NCBI GenBank assembly: GCA_038142325.1
Contig: JAYQJW010000002.1
Coordinates: forward strand, 651,328-715,327
Direction: 5' to 3'
Source: Gammaproteobacteria bacterium
Lineage (GTDB): Bacteria; Pseudomonadota; Gammaproteobacteria; GCA-002705445; GCA-002716945
Length of the DNA: 64,000 nucleotides
In this document: in pieces, positions 50,484-63,033 of the stretch
Position numbering within the stretch: position 1 is the first letter of the stretch
Layout of the letters: the number at the start of each line of letters is the position of its first letter
Made by a program: the position numbers and the translations under genes
The notes under the pieces: generated by a model
Told to the model about the DNA's origin: nothing
The model's input: only the letters and a program-made list of their open reading frames with translations
The model's database searches: none

Positions 50484-51729
50484 TTAATGTGTATTCCATT
50501 TAATTGATTTTATATCTATACCTTCTTTATACATATCCCATAGGGGCGAAAGGTTACGAAGCTTTTCAACTGATTTTTTAAGCAAATCAACTGCATAATC
50601 AACCTCTTCTTCTGTTGTATATTTTCCAATAGTGATTCTTATTGAACTATGTGCTAACTCGTCATCTCTACCAAGTGCTCTTAACACGTAGCTAGGTTCA
50701 AGGCTAGCAGAGGTACAAGCTGACCCAGATGATACTGCAATATCTTTAATTGCCATTATTAAACTCTCGCCTTCAACATAATTAAAGCTGATATTTAAAT
50801 TACCCGGTATTCTATTTTCAAGATCACCATTGAGATAAATTTCCTCAACATCCTTAATCTGATTCCAAAATTTATCTCTTAATGATTTAATTCTTAAATT
50901 ATCACTTTCCATTTCATCATTCGCTATCTTAAAAGCTTCACCCATGCCAACTATCTGATGAGTAGGAAGAGTGCCAGATCTAAATCCTCTTTCATGACCA
51001 CCGCCATGCATTTGCGCTTCTAATCTAACTCTTGGTTTTCTTCTTACATAAAGAGCTCCTATACCTTTAGGTCCATAAACTTTATGAGCCGATAGCGACA
51101 TTAAATCAACATTAAATTTATTTACATCTATATCAACTTTACCAGGGCTTTGAGCAGCATCTACATGAAAAAGAACTTTTTTACTTCTAGTCAGTTTACC
51201 TATGCTCTCTAAGTCCTGTATGACACCAATTTCATTATTTACATGCATCACAGAAACTAAAAGAGTTTGATCTGTTATAGCGTCCTCGAGTTTTTTAAAT
51301 CTAGCAGTCCGTTTGGTTCAGGATCAAGATATGTAACTGAATAACCCTCAAGCTCAAGTTGCCTCATAGTATCCAATACTGCTTTATGTTCAGTTGATAT
51401 TGTAATTAAATGATTTCCTTTAGACTTGTAAAAATGTGCAGCTCCCTTTATTGCAAGATTATTTGATTCCGTTGCACCACTTGTCCACACAATCTCTTTA
51501 GAGTCACATTTAATAAGATTTGCTACATTCTGTCTTGCGTCTTTTATTAATTGGTCACTGTCCCAACCAAATGAATGGGATCTAGAAGCAGGATTACCAA
51601 AAGCTCCATCAAGAGTTAGACAATCAGTCATTTTTGATGCAACTCTCTTATCAACTGGTGTTGTTGAAGAGTAATCCAAATATATTGGAATACTTAGTGA
51701 TGGATTTATTTTTTAGAATTAGTTGACAT
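50484..51729 (-). CDS. iscS: Cysteine desulfurase IscS (indels near 51710 and 51295)
   Basis: [44 protein letters not shown]. Confidence 0.96.
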
Positions 51730-52165
51730 TAAGATTGCCCTCCCTTGCGTCGTACATTTCATGCACTATGTTTTTATTAGCCACATCTCCTATGGTTATT
51801 TTATTCATGTAATCATAAATAATCTTGTTTAAACCAGTCCAAACATGATGTGTAGAACATGGTTTTTCTTTATTACAATTCAAGCTGCCACCACATTGGG
51901 TTTGATCAATATTTTCATCTACAGCAGTGATAATTTGCAGCAAAGTAATATCTTGAGCATTTCTTCCAAGCTTATAGCCTCCACCTGGTCCACGTTGACT
52001 CTTAACGATACCAGAGTTTTTCAGCTTACAAAAAAGCTGCTCTAAATAAGATAATGAAATTTTTTGACGATCAGAAATTCCTTTGAGTGATACTGCTGAC
52101 TCTTCACTGTTTGCTAGATCAACAATGGCAGTAATTGCGTATCTTGATTTAGTGCTTAGTTTCAT
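51719..52165 (-). CDS. iscR: Fe-S cluster regulator IscR
   Basis: SLSYLEQLF, RGPGGGY, and Cys/Cys/Cys/His ligands in QCGGSLNCNKEKPCSTH. Confidence 0.95.
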   Translation of the reverse strand: MKLSTKSRYAITAIVDLANSEESAVSLKGISDRQKISLSYLEQLFCKLKNSGIVKSQRGPGGGYKLGRNAQDITLLQIITAVDENIDQTQCGGSLNCNKEKPCSTHHVWTGLNKIIYDYMNKITIGDVANKNIVHEMYDAREGNLNVN

Positions 52166-52179
52166 GCTCGAATTATTAT

Positions 52180-52204
52180 ATACTTGACTTATATAGTCAA
52201 CTAT
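52180..52204 (-). promoter_or_regulatory. IscR type-1 operator overlapping the iscR -35 element
   Basis: 25-bp imperfect palindrome ATAGTTGACTATATAAGTCAAGTAT, 14 nt upstream of the iscR ATG. Confidence 0.85.
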
Positions 52205-52917
52205 TATTTTTTTAGGGCTTTTTTAATACTATTTAAAACACCAAGGAACAAATTAGCTTCATTATCATTAATGTTAAGTTTATTAAATATAATGTATATA
52301 TTTTGGGTAAGCGATCTTTTATTTTGATCAGTTATGATATTTAAATCTGTCATAATTGATAAAAATACTTCAATCAAATGGTTTTTAGTTGATTGCTTAG
52401 CAATATCAGCATCTATTTTATTTATTGTTTTAGATTCTGAACTGCGAAACTTGAAAAACTCATAAGAGAAGATTTGAACAGCAAATGCAAGATTTAATGA
52501 AGAGTAAGCTTTGTCAGTAGGAATAGTTACAATATAATTACAAAGCCGGAGATCTTCATTAGATAAGCCTGATTGCTCATTACCGAATACAATTGATACT
52601 TCATCATCATAACGTGAAAGAAGTTTGTTCAGGTCATCTATAGAAAGTGATGGGATATTAGATTTTCTCGATCTAGCAGAAAAACCTACTATTAATTTAG
52701 AATTACACACGGCACCTGAAAGTAAGTTTGTGACTTTGGCATTATCCAATATATCAGTGCAACCAACAGCTTTTGCATTAGCAATTTTAGATGGAAAATC
52801 TTTTGGTGAAACAAGAGTCAATTGGTTCAAACCCATTGTTTTCATAGCTCTAGCAGTTGAACCAATATTACCAGGGTGACTAGTATTTACTAAAACAATA
52901 TTAATGTTTGAGGACAT
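52204..52917 (-). CDS. trmJ: tRNA (C32/U32-2'-O)-methyltransferase TrmJ-like
   Basis: HPGNIGSTARAMKTMG, FGNEQSGL, SSLNLA; lies between suhB and iscR. Confidence 0.92.
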   Translation of the reverse strand: MSSNINIVLVNTSHPGNIGSTARAMKTMGLNQLTLVSPKDFPSKIANAKAVGCTDILDNAKVTNLLSGAVCNSKLIVGFSARSRKSNIPSLSIDDLNKLLSRYDDEVSIVFGNEQSGLSNEDLRLCNYIVTIPTDKAYSSLNLAFAVQIFSYEFFKFRSSESKTINKIDADIAKQSTKNHLIEVFLSIMTDLNIITDQNKRSLTQNIYIIFNKLNINDNEANLFLGVLNSIKKALKK

Positions 52918-52946
52918 AATGTAATATACATTAACTAAATAATAAT

Positions 52947-53680
52947 ATGCAACCAAGGATAAATATAACTAAATCTGCATGAAAAATTCTTGAAGAGGAA
53001 GTCAAAAGGCTTTTCATAAATAAAAGCTATAATGCTTTGAAGAATATGCCAGTTAGAGAAATTCTTACTAGTAAGGTTGTGGAGCATATTAATAATTATT
53101 ATAAGTTAGGAGATAATGATTTCATTGGTTTCTTTAATACTGATGATAAAAAAAGATTAAGGATAGATGATGAGAAAATAATCTATGATACAAATCACAA
53201 TGAAAAAAATGTTTCGTATGGATGATCAATTTCTTACAAGATTATGATAATTTTTGTAGGAAACTTCCGTTTTGGGCTTTATCACTATCTCTAAAACAAG
53301 ACAAAGATATCCTTTACTCAATTATTATTAATCCATTCTTAGATATATTTATGTTTAGTGAGAAAGGGTCCGGTGTAGTCAATAATCAAAGAAAAGTAAG
53401 AGCTGTATCATACTCAGATGAAATGATTATTGCAAAATCAAAAAATATTGTGATGCCAAAACAATTTGAAAAGTATCAAAAAATTTCATTAAACTCAATT
53501 TCGATAGAACTTATTTATCTATCAATGGGTCTCATAGATCTGTATATTATAAGTAAAGAAGAATATGAAATGTTTTTGGATTGTATACTAGTAGCGAAAG
53601 AGTCAGGAATTTTAGTAGAATCACACGATGAACATATCATTCTTGCAAATCAGGATAATATTAAAAATATAAATTTATGA
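52947..53680 (+). CDS. suhB: Highly diverged SuhB/inositol monophosphatase-like protein (in-frame TGA at 52980-52982, indel near 53205)
   Basis: N-terminus MQPRINI; W-M-I-N-F-L-Q-D-Y-D-N-F in place of WIIDPLDGTTNF; IINP..D, EKGSG...N.RK; divergent from trmJ as usual. Confidence 0.7.
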
Positions 53681-54565
53681 TTCTTCAGGTCTTTTAATAC
53701 CAAAATAAGATAAGCTTGCACTAGCTACAAATATCGATGAATAAGTCCCAACCACAATTCCTATAAACATTGCAATAGAGAAATTTCTGACGGCATCCCC
53801 GCCAAATATAAGAAGAGAAAAGATTACTAGTAATGTTGTAAGTGATGTTACCAATGTTCTAGATAAAGTCTGATTTATAGATTTATCAAGAACATCAACT
53901 ATAGATAGTTTTCTTAAGACTATATTATTTTCTCTTATTCTATCAAAACAACTATTGAATCATTTAAGGAATAGCCTATCACTGCTAAGACGGCAGCGAG
54001 TACACTCAAGTCAAATGTTAAATCAAAAAATGAAAATATACCGAGTGTAATAATTACATCATGAATAAGTGCAGTTATTGCTCCCAATCCATATATAAGT
54101 TCAAACCTCATAGCCACATAAATTAAGATACTAAAGAGTGCGATTAACATTGCCCACTCACCCTTTTCTCTTAGTTCGCTACCAACTTGTGATCCTACAT
54201 ATTCTAGCTTAGATATTGTAAATGTATTATCTGAAAATATTTCATTTAGATAATTATTAATATTTTTCTGTTGAAATAATTTATCATCTTTTAAATTTAA
54301 GAAGTATATCTTTACTTGAACCATATAGCTGAACGCTTACATCATCTATGTTATTTTGTGAAAACTTATTTTGAATATCTAAAACCGATATTTGTTGATT
54401 GAATTTTAACTGGACTATATATCCACTTGAAAAATCTATTCCAAAATTAAATCCTTTAAAAATTATACTAAATAGAGAAATAACTAATAAAATCGAAGAT
54501 AATGCTACAGGTATCTTTTTAAGAGACATAAATTTGATATCAGTATTTTTTAAAATTCTTAACAT
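53675..54565 (-). CDS. secF: Protein translocase subunit SecF (two indels)
   Basis: GIDFSSG, VGSQVGSEL, HDVII, GYSLNDSIVV, GTYSSIFVAS. Confidence 0.94.
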
Positions 54566-56345
54566 TATATTGATAGACCTTTATTATTCTTATTTTCATA
54601 AATAATACTTATAACAGCCCTAGTCCCAATAATTGCAGTAAACATAGATGACAGTATTCCGATTACTAGAGTAACTGCGAATCCCTTAACAACGCCTGTT
54701 CCAATAGTGAGAAGAGCAATTGCGGCAATTAATGTTGTAATGTTTGCGTCTGATATAGTTGAAAAGGCTTTATTATAGCCAGATATTATACTGGCATTGG
54801 GGCTATTGCCATTCAAAAGTTCCTCTCTAATTCTTTCATAGATTAAAACATTAGCATCCACGGCCATACCAACAGTAAGGACAATTCCTGCAATACCAGA
54901 CAGTGTCAAAGTAGCCTGAAAAAGTGACAAAGTAGCAGCTATGATTAAAATATTAGCTAGAAGTGCCAAGTTAGCAACAAAACCAAATTTCTTATAATAG
55001 ATAAACATAAAAGCTATGACCAAAATCATTCCTAGGATCATAGAGTCTCTTCCAGATATTATATTTTCACTCCCTAAGCTAGGGCCAACAGTTCTCTCTT
55101 CTATTATGGACATCGGTGCACTTAGAGAACCTGAGCGTAGTAAAATTGCTAAATCTTTAGCTTCTTGCATGTCAATTCCTGTGATTTGAAAACGTTTACT
55201 AAATGCTTCACGTATGGTTGCAACATTTATTACTCGGTTTTTATCTTGCTCAACAAATACAACTGCCATTCTATTGCCAATATTTTTAGATGTTGTTTCT
55301 AGCATATTCGATGCGCCAAAAGAACTTAAATTTACGAAAACAGCAGGCTGATTAGTTTGACCATCAAATCCTGAGTTTGCGACCTCTATGTCTTTTCCAG
55401 AGGCAATTACGTTTCGTGAGAGAAGTATGGGTGAACCATTTTTGTGTCTATATAATAACGATTCGCTAACTGTATTTGTACCTATGGTATCTGACGCTGT
55501 CCAATCATCAGGTGTTCCTTTTGTTAATCTAAATTCAAGAGTTGCTGTTGAGCCTAGAATATTTTTAGCTCTCGTTGAATCTTGTAATCCAGGAAGTTGA
55601 ACAATAATTCTATCCTTACCTTGTCTTTGGATAATAGGTTGCGAAACTCCTAATTCGTTGACACGTGATCGAAGTATAGCAAGATTTTTCTTCATAGAAG
55701 CTTTGACATCATTAGCAATTGATTCATTAGATAAGCGAGTAATTATATCTATCTGATTGTTATTATTAGATATAGTTATTTCATAGTCTGAAAATGTGTC
55801 TTTCAACGCATCAAAAATTTCAGTTTTAATTTCTTGATTTTTAATTGCAAATATTACCTCATTATTTTTCGCAGTAACATTTGTATATCTAATGCCATTA
55901 TCTATTAAAAAATTTCTTAAGTTGCTTTCTATTTGATTAAGACGTGATTTGACTACGTTGTCAGTATCAATTTGAAGCAAAAAGTGTACCCCACCTTTTA
56001 GGTCTAGTCCTAAAGAAATAGGTTTAGCGTTAATCACATCTAACCATTTGGGTATATGATTGTAGTTACTCAATGTATAATTATATTTTGAATTAGAGGA
56101 CAGCTTATTGTAAGCATTGAGCTGCTGATCAATCGAGTCAAAATAAATACTGTTGTCATCAATACCTCTATAGGAAATTGAATTCTGCTTAACCAAATTA
56201 TTTAATTCATCAGACGAAATGCTATTATCATATGCTTGAATATTTATTGAAGGATATGTGTTATAAAAATTTGGTAGTGTATATATAACAGCATACGCTA
56301 TTACTAAAGCAACTAATATATATTTCCAAAGCGGGTATTTATACA

Positions 56346-56346
<1 letters not shown>
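54565..56346 (-). CDS. secD: Protein translocase subunit SecD
   Basis: LGLDLKGGVHF, RIIVQLPG, VGPSLG, GMAVDANVLIYERIREE. Confidence 0.97.
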
Positions 56347-58786
<2,440 letters not shown>

Positions 58787-58845
58787 GAAATTGAATTATA
58801 GATTAAGATCATTGCAAATATAAAAAAAATTTGATAAAAAAAAGC

Positions 58846-59286
58846 ATGAGTCTTATAAAAAATTTTCCACATGACGGAATTGTCACTATCAATCGAGTCA
58901 TAATTAAAGAAGGTCATACACTAGATGAACTGCAAGAGAGGGTTGCACTAATGTGTGAAAATGTGAAGACGTATCATTCAGAGACTGGATTTATTGGAGG
59001 AATGGTTGTTTTAAACAGTGGCCAGATTTCAAACGAAGGAAGTAATGTTGGTAAAGCTCTTGATAGTAACTTGAAAAACAAAGAGGCTTTAATCATTACA
59101 TTTTGGAAATCATACGATGATCATGAAAATTCACATAAAAGCGATACTTTTCAGCCACTCTTTCAAAAGGTGATAGATCTTTGTGAGAATGGTAACGAAG
59201 AGACAGTCTACGATATGATGTGGCAAGGGGAAGCCTATTCACCTGAAATGGCAAAAATGGCTCAGATTGCAAAAGAAGATAATTAG
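58846..59286 (+). CDS. Sulfur oxygenase reductase-like small protein (putative non-heme iron, dimeric alpha/beta-barrel fold)
   Basis: IVTINRV...ALMCENV..H.ETGFIG...ITFWKSYDDHENSH...GNEETVY resembles the N-terminal half of SOR (manual alignment only). Confidence 0.6.
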   Translation: MSLIKNFPHDGIVTINRVIIKEGHTLDELQERVALMCENVKTYHSETGFIGGMVVLNSGQISNEGSNVGKALDSNLKNKEALIITFWKSYDDHENSHKSDTFQPLFQKVIDLCENGNEETVYDMMWQGEAYSPEMAKMAQIAKEDN

Positions 59287-59481
59287 ACTATCGGCGGATT
59301 CTTTTTATTTGTACGCTTGTGTCTTCCGCCAATGAGCTTATGCTTTTTTAATTTCTCATCGAGCTGTTCAAGAGTTGTATCCTTCAAGTCTTATCTCGCG
59401 TGATAATGAAATTTGTTTTTTTATGTAAAGTAGAACTAAAACAACTAAAAACGCTAAAACAAGATATATGATATAATCCAT
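59283..59481 (-). CDS. Small single-TM hypothetical protein
   Basis: MDYIIYLVLAFLVVLVLLYIKKQ...; stops at 59368 as written, and an indel near 59391 would extend it to 59283. Confidence 0.4.
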
Positions 59482-59515
59482 TTATACATAATATCATAAA
59501 TATAAAAAATATTAT

Positions 59516-59599
59516 GCCACTGTGGTGGAATTGGTAGACACGAGGGACTCAAAATCCCTTTTTCGCAAGAAAGTATCGGTTCGAGTCCGATCAGTGGTA
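59516..59599 (+). tRNA. tRNA-Leu(CAA), no encoded CCA
   Basis: GCCACTG...CAGTGGT-A, D-loop GGAATTGGTAGAC, anticodon loop CT-CAA-AA, long variable arm, TTCGAGT. Confidence 0.95.
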
Positions 59600-59619
59600 T
59601 TAAAAAAAGGAAATATAAA

Positions 59620-60612
59620 ATGAATCAAACACTAGTATGCGGAATTGGAAATGCGCTTGTTGATAGTGAATATAAGGTTGAGGACTTTGAACTAGAAAAA
59701 CTCAGCTTAACTAAAGGTTGCATGGAGTTGAATGATTACGATAATCATATTGAATTATCAAATAATCTTAAAAAGAGTCATGACGTGAAAAAAATAATGC
59801 CTGGAGGCTCAGTTGCAAATTCTTTGTATACTTTATCACAGTTTGAAATAGCAACATCATTCATAGGTAAGATAGCTGATGACGATACGGGTAATACCTT
59901 TAAAAACATTCTACAAGACGTTGGAATGAATGTTCAAACTAAGCAAGTTAATGAAGGAATTACGGGTGAATGTCTGGTTCTAATTACTCCTGATCATGAA
60001 AGAACAATGTATACACATCTAGGTGTATCATCTAATTTAAGTGTCAATGACATAAATGAAAATAATATATTGAATTGTGAATATTTGCTTATTGAAGGTT
60101 ACCTTGTTACATCAGATAGTACTCAGAATGTAGCAAATCACTGTTTGAATATTGCTTCAAATAATAATATAAAAAAAATAATTACTTTGTCAGATCCTAA
60201 TGTAGTGAGTTTTTTTAGAGATAATATGATTGAATTACTTGAAAATAAATTTGATATTATATTTTGCAATAAGCAAGAAGCCTTAAACATAGCTATGCAA
60301 GAATCTTTAGATGATTCAATTAAATTTTTACATCAATACGCTAATGAGGTAGTAGTTACATGTGGAAGCGAGGGTGCTAGCGTAAGTGTCAATGGTAATC
60401 TAACCCATGAGAAGGCTGACCCAGCGCAACCTGTTGATTTAACGGGTGCGGGTGATATGTTTTTAGCTGCATACTTATTTGCTAAATTTAACAACAAAAC
60501 TACATCAGAATGTATAATGTTCTCAAATCTTTGTTCTGGTAAAGTTATAGAAATATATGGTGCCAAGCTGGAAAGTCGCAATGATTATATTAAGCTCAAA
60601 TCAAAGTTATAA
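59620..60612 (+). CDS. PfkB-family nucleoside (adenosine/inosine) kinase
   Basis: GIGNALVD, GGSVANS, ERTMYTHLG, IEGYL, VDLTGAGDMF. Confidence 0.88.
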   Translation: MNQTLVCGIGNALVDSEYKVEDFELEKLSLTKGCMELNDYDNHIELSNNLKKSHDVKKIMPGGSVANSLYTLSQFEIATSFIGKIADDDTGNTFKNILQDVGMNVQTKQVNEGITGECLVLITPDHERTMYTHLGVSSNLSVNDINENNILNCEYLLIEGYLVTSDSTQNVANHCLNIASNNNIKKIITLSDPNVVSFFRDNMIELLENKFDIIFCNKQEALNIAMQESLDDSIKFLHQYANEVVVTCGSEGASVSVNGNLTHEKADPAQPVDLTGAGDMFLAAYLFAKFNNKTTSECIMFSNLCSGKVIEIYGAKLESRNDYIKLKSKL

Positions 60613-61287
60613 TTCTGAAACTAGTTTTCTCAGAGTTTCATTAGGTTTATTACTGGCGGTAATACTTCTGCCAAGAACTAGATAGTCGGATCCTAATTCA
60701 AGCGCTTCTCTAGGAGAAATTACTCTATGATGATCATCAATATTTTTGTCTATTCTTATTCCTGGAGTCACAAAAATCATATTTGTATCATCAAGAATAT
60801 TAATATCAAATGGTGAGCATACAAAACCGTCCAGTCCTGATTCCAGACCTATCACCTTTAATCTTTTAAGTTGATCATCTCTATTACAACCATAAACAGA
60901 AAAACAGTCATCATCAGAAAGTGAAGTTAAAGCAGTTACGCCTAACAATATACATGATGATTGAGAATCTTGTTTTGCTTTTGATGCTTGCAATGCCATA
61001 TTAAGTCCACCGGACAAATGAATATTTAACATCCAAATATCTAATGATAATGCTGAAAGACATGCCTTATAAACAGTAGTAGGTATATCATGAAACTTCA
61101 AATCAAGGAATATATCAAAACCTTTTTTTTGAATATCAAAAACTATTTTTGGGCCATATTTTGTAAAGAGTTCTTTACCTATTTTCATACGACATAGGCT
61201 GGGATCAATATTATCAATAAATCTCATCACATCATTAATATCATGATAATCTAGTGCAACTATTATTTTTTTTTCATTAAGCATCAA
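60607..61287 (-). CDS. pyrF: Orotidine-5'-phosphate decarboxylase
   Basis: IVALD, KIGKELFT, FLDLKFHDIPTTV, VTPGIR, LGRSIT. Confidence 0.97.
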   Translation of the reverse strand: MMLNEKKIIVALDYHDINDVMRFIDNIDPSLCRMKIGKELFTKYGPKIVFDIQKKGFDIFLDLKFHDIPTTVYKACLSALSLDIWMLNIHLSGGLNMALQASKAKQDSQSSCILLGVTALTSLSDDDCFSVYGCNRDDQLKRLKVIGLESGLDGFVCSPFDINILDDTNMIFVTPGIRIDKNIDDHHRVISPREALELGSDYLVLGRSITASNKPNETLRKLVSEL

Positions 61288-62425
61288 TAGTCATTTTGTC
61301 ATTTATAGTATTAAGTTCAATAGTTTCCCATCTGTTACATGAAGGGCATTGCCAAATATAATTATTTGAGGCATAACCACAGTTATTACATTTATATGAT
61401 ATAAAATTATCTTTCAATAATTCTATTAGATTAGGTTGTGAGTCTTCTACATTATTCTCGTTTGCATGAAGATTAATATAAATTTTAGCAAATGAATTAT
61501 TATTCATTTTATAAATATATTCATCAGGAACTTTATGATTATTCAGGTTAAATAAAAATTCATAAATATCAGGAGAAAATAAATTTTCAGTTGAATTATT
61601 TACTATAAGTTCATATAGCATTTCATCCAGATCTGGATTTTGATGAAGGTAAGATAATTTGAGAATTTCATTTGATGAAATCAAAATAAAATCGGATTTA
61701 ATTTGGATTAATTTTTTAAGATAATCAAATGATAGTTTGAAATTAGAATTCATATTTAATTCAAAGAGATATTTGTATGCTCGCGAGCATTGATCATTTA
61801 TATCAATTGCATTTTTTAAAACTGTAATACTTTTGTTGTTTTGATTATCTTTTCTATAATATTCGGATTTTTCACAATAATAATTTGATAGTAATTTATC
61901 TCTAGATATATTTCTTATAGTATCTACCTTTAAGCTTTTACATAAATTAATAGCTTTGTCCCAATCTTTTGATAGTTCATAAATAAGTAAAAGGTACTCA
62001 TTGCAAGTAGGCTGATAAATTTTATTATCTTTCAAATTTAATAATATTTTTTCAGATTTATCATATAGACCAGCTGAGAAAAAATCTTTTGATAATTCAT
62101 ACAATGACTGATTTTTAATACTTTTATCTAAATTCGGCCTTGATAATAAATTCTGGTGAATGAGTATTGCTTTGTCAAACTCTCCTCTACGTCTATATAC
62201 ACCACCAAGAGCTAGATGAGTTTCAATTGTTGAACTATCAACATCTATTAAATCCGTAAAAATTTTCAGAGCTTTATCATCTTCATTGTTAAGCAAATAG
62301 TTAAGGCCTCTATAATATTCAGCGCTATAGATCGGCGGAGTACTATTATTTTGTATTGATGTTCTCTTGAAGAGGTAAATTATAGTAACGACTAGAATAA
62401 TTACAGCTATTATTGTTTCAATCAT
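61277..62425 (-). CDS. lapB: LPS assembly protein LapB
   Basis: Y.RGLNYLL, ETHLALG, AILIHQNL, C-terminal CNNCG...CPSC rubredoxin-like site. Confidence 0.93.
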   Translation of the reverse strand: MIETIIAVIILVVTIIYLFKRTSIQNNSTPPIYSAEYYRGLNYLLNNEDDKALKIFTDLIDVDSSTIETHLALGGVYRRRGEFDKAILIHQNLLSRPNLDKSIKNQSLYELSKDFFSAGLYDKSEKILLNLKDNKIYQPTCNEYLLLIYELSKDWDKAINLCKSLKVDTIRNISRDKLLSNYYCEKSEYYRKDNQNNKSITVLKNAIDINDQCSRAYKYLFELNMNSNFKLSFDYLKKLIQIKSDFILISSNEILKLSYLHQNPDLDEMLYELIVNNSTENLFSPDIYEFLFNLNNHKVPDEYIYKMNNNSFAKIYINLHANENNVEDSQPNLIELLKDNFISYKCNNCGYASNNYIWQCPSCNRWETIELNTINDKMTIDA

Positions 62426-62745
62426 TCAGTCCCATCTCTTAATGGATTTCTCCTTAGATTGTCTAATTCTTGTTTATTATTCTCAAGGGATATTTTCATT
62501 TGCCGCATTCTTTTTTTGTATGAAAAAACAATAACGACAAGATATATCAAAGTTGTGAGAGCTCCGATAATAAATGAATAAAGTATTATAATTGAAAGTG
62601 ACGTTTCGTATGATTTCACGTATAGGTCAACAGTTGTAATGACAGTATTGTTTGTTGCCACTACGACGGCTATTACTACTAAAGCAATAGTTACCAGAGA
62701 AAAAATAGTCTTCCCATTTACGTATTCTAAAATAAAATTCAGCAA
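62422..62745 (-). CDS. lapA: LapA-family membrane protein (start uncertain)
   Basis: Two TM helices plus a basic coiled tail ending ELDNLRR.P; lies between ihfB and lapB. Confidence 0.8.
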   Translation of the reverse strand: MLNFILEYVNGKTIFSLVTIALVVIAVVVATNNTVITTVDLYVKSYETSLSIIILYSFIIGALTTLIYLVVIVFSYKKRMRQMKISLENNKQELDNLRRNPLRDGTE

Positions 62746-62754
62746 ATCAATAGG

Positions 62755-63033
62755 TTAAATATTATTTACTCGTGCTTTAAGTTCTTTGCTTGGTTTAAAA
62801 TGTATTGTATTTCTTCTTTCAAGTGCACTCTTCTCTCCAGTCTTTGGGTTTCTTGCAATTCTTGATTGATGTGTATGAAGACTAAATGAACCAAAGCCTC
62901 TAATTTCTATCCTCTCGCCCTTGTATAAGTTGGTTCCCATATAATCTATCATTCTTTTAATTGAATAATCTATATCAGAAATATTAAGATTATTAACCTT
63001 TGAAACGAGATCAATTATGTCAGATTTATTCAC
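62755..63033 (-). CDS. ihfB: Integration host factor beta
   Basis: MNKSDII, RIEIRGFGSF, ARNPKTGE, HFKPSKELK. Confidence 0.96.
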   Translation of the reverse strand: MNKSDIIDLVSKVNNLNISDIDYSIKRMIDYMGTNLYKGERIEIRGFGSFSLHTHQSRIARNPKTGEKSALERRNTIHFKPSKELKARVNNI

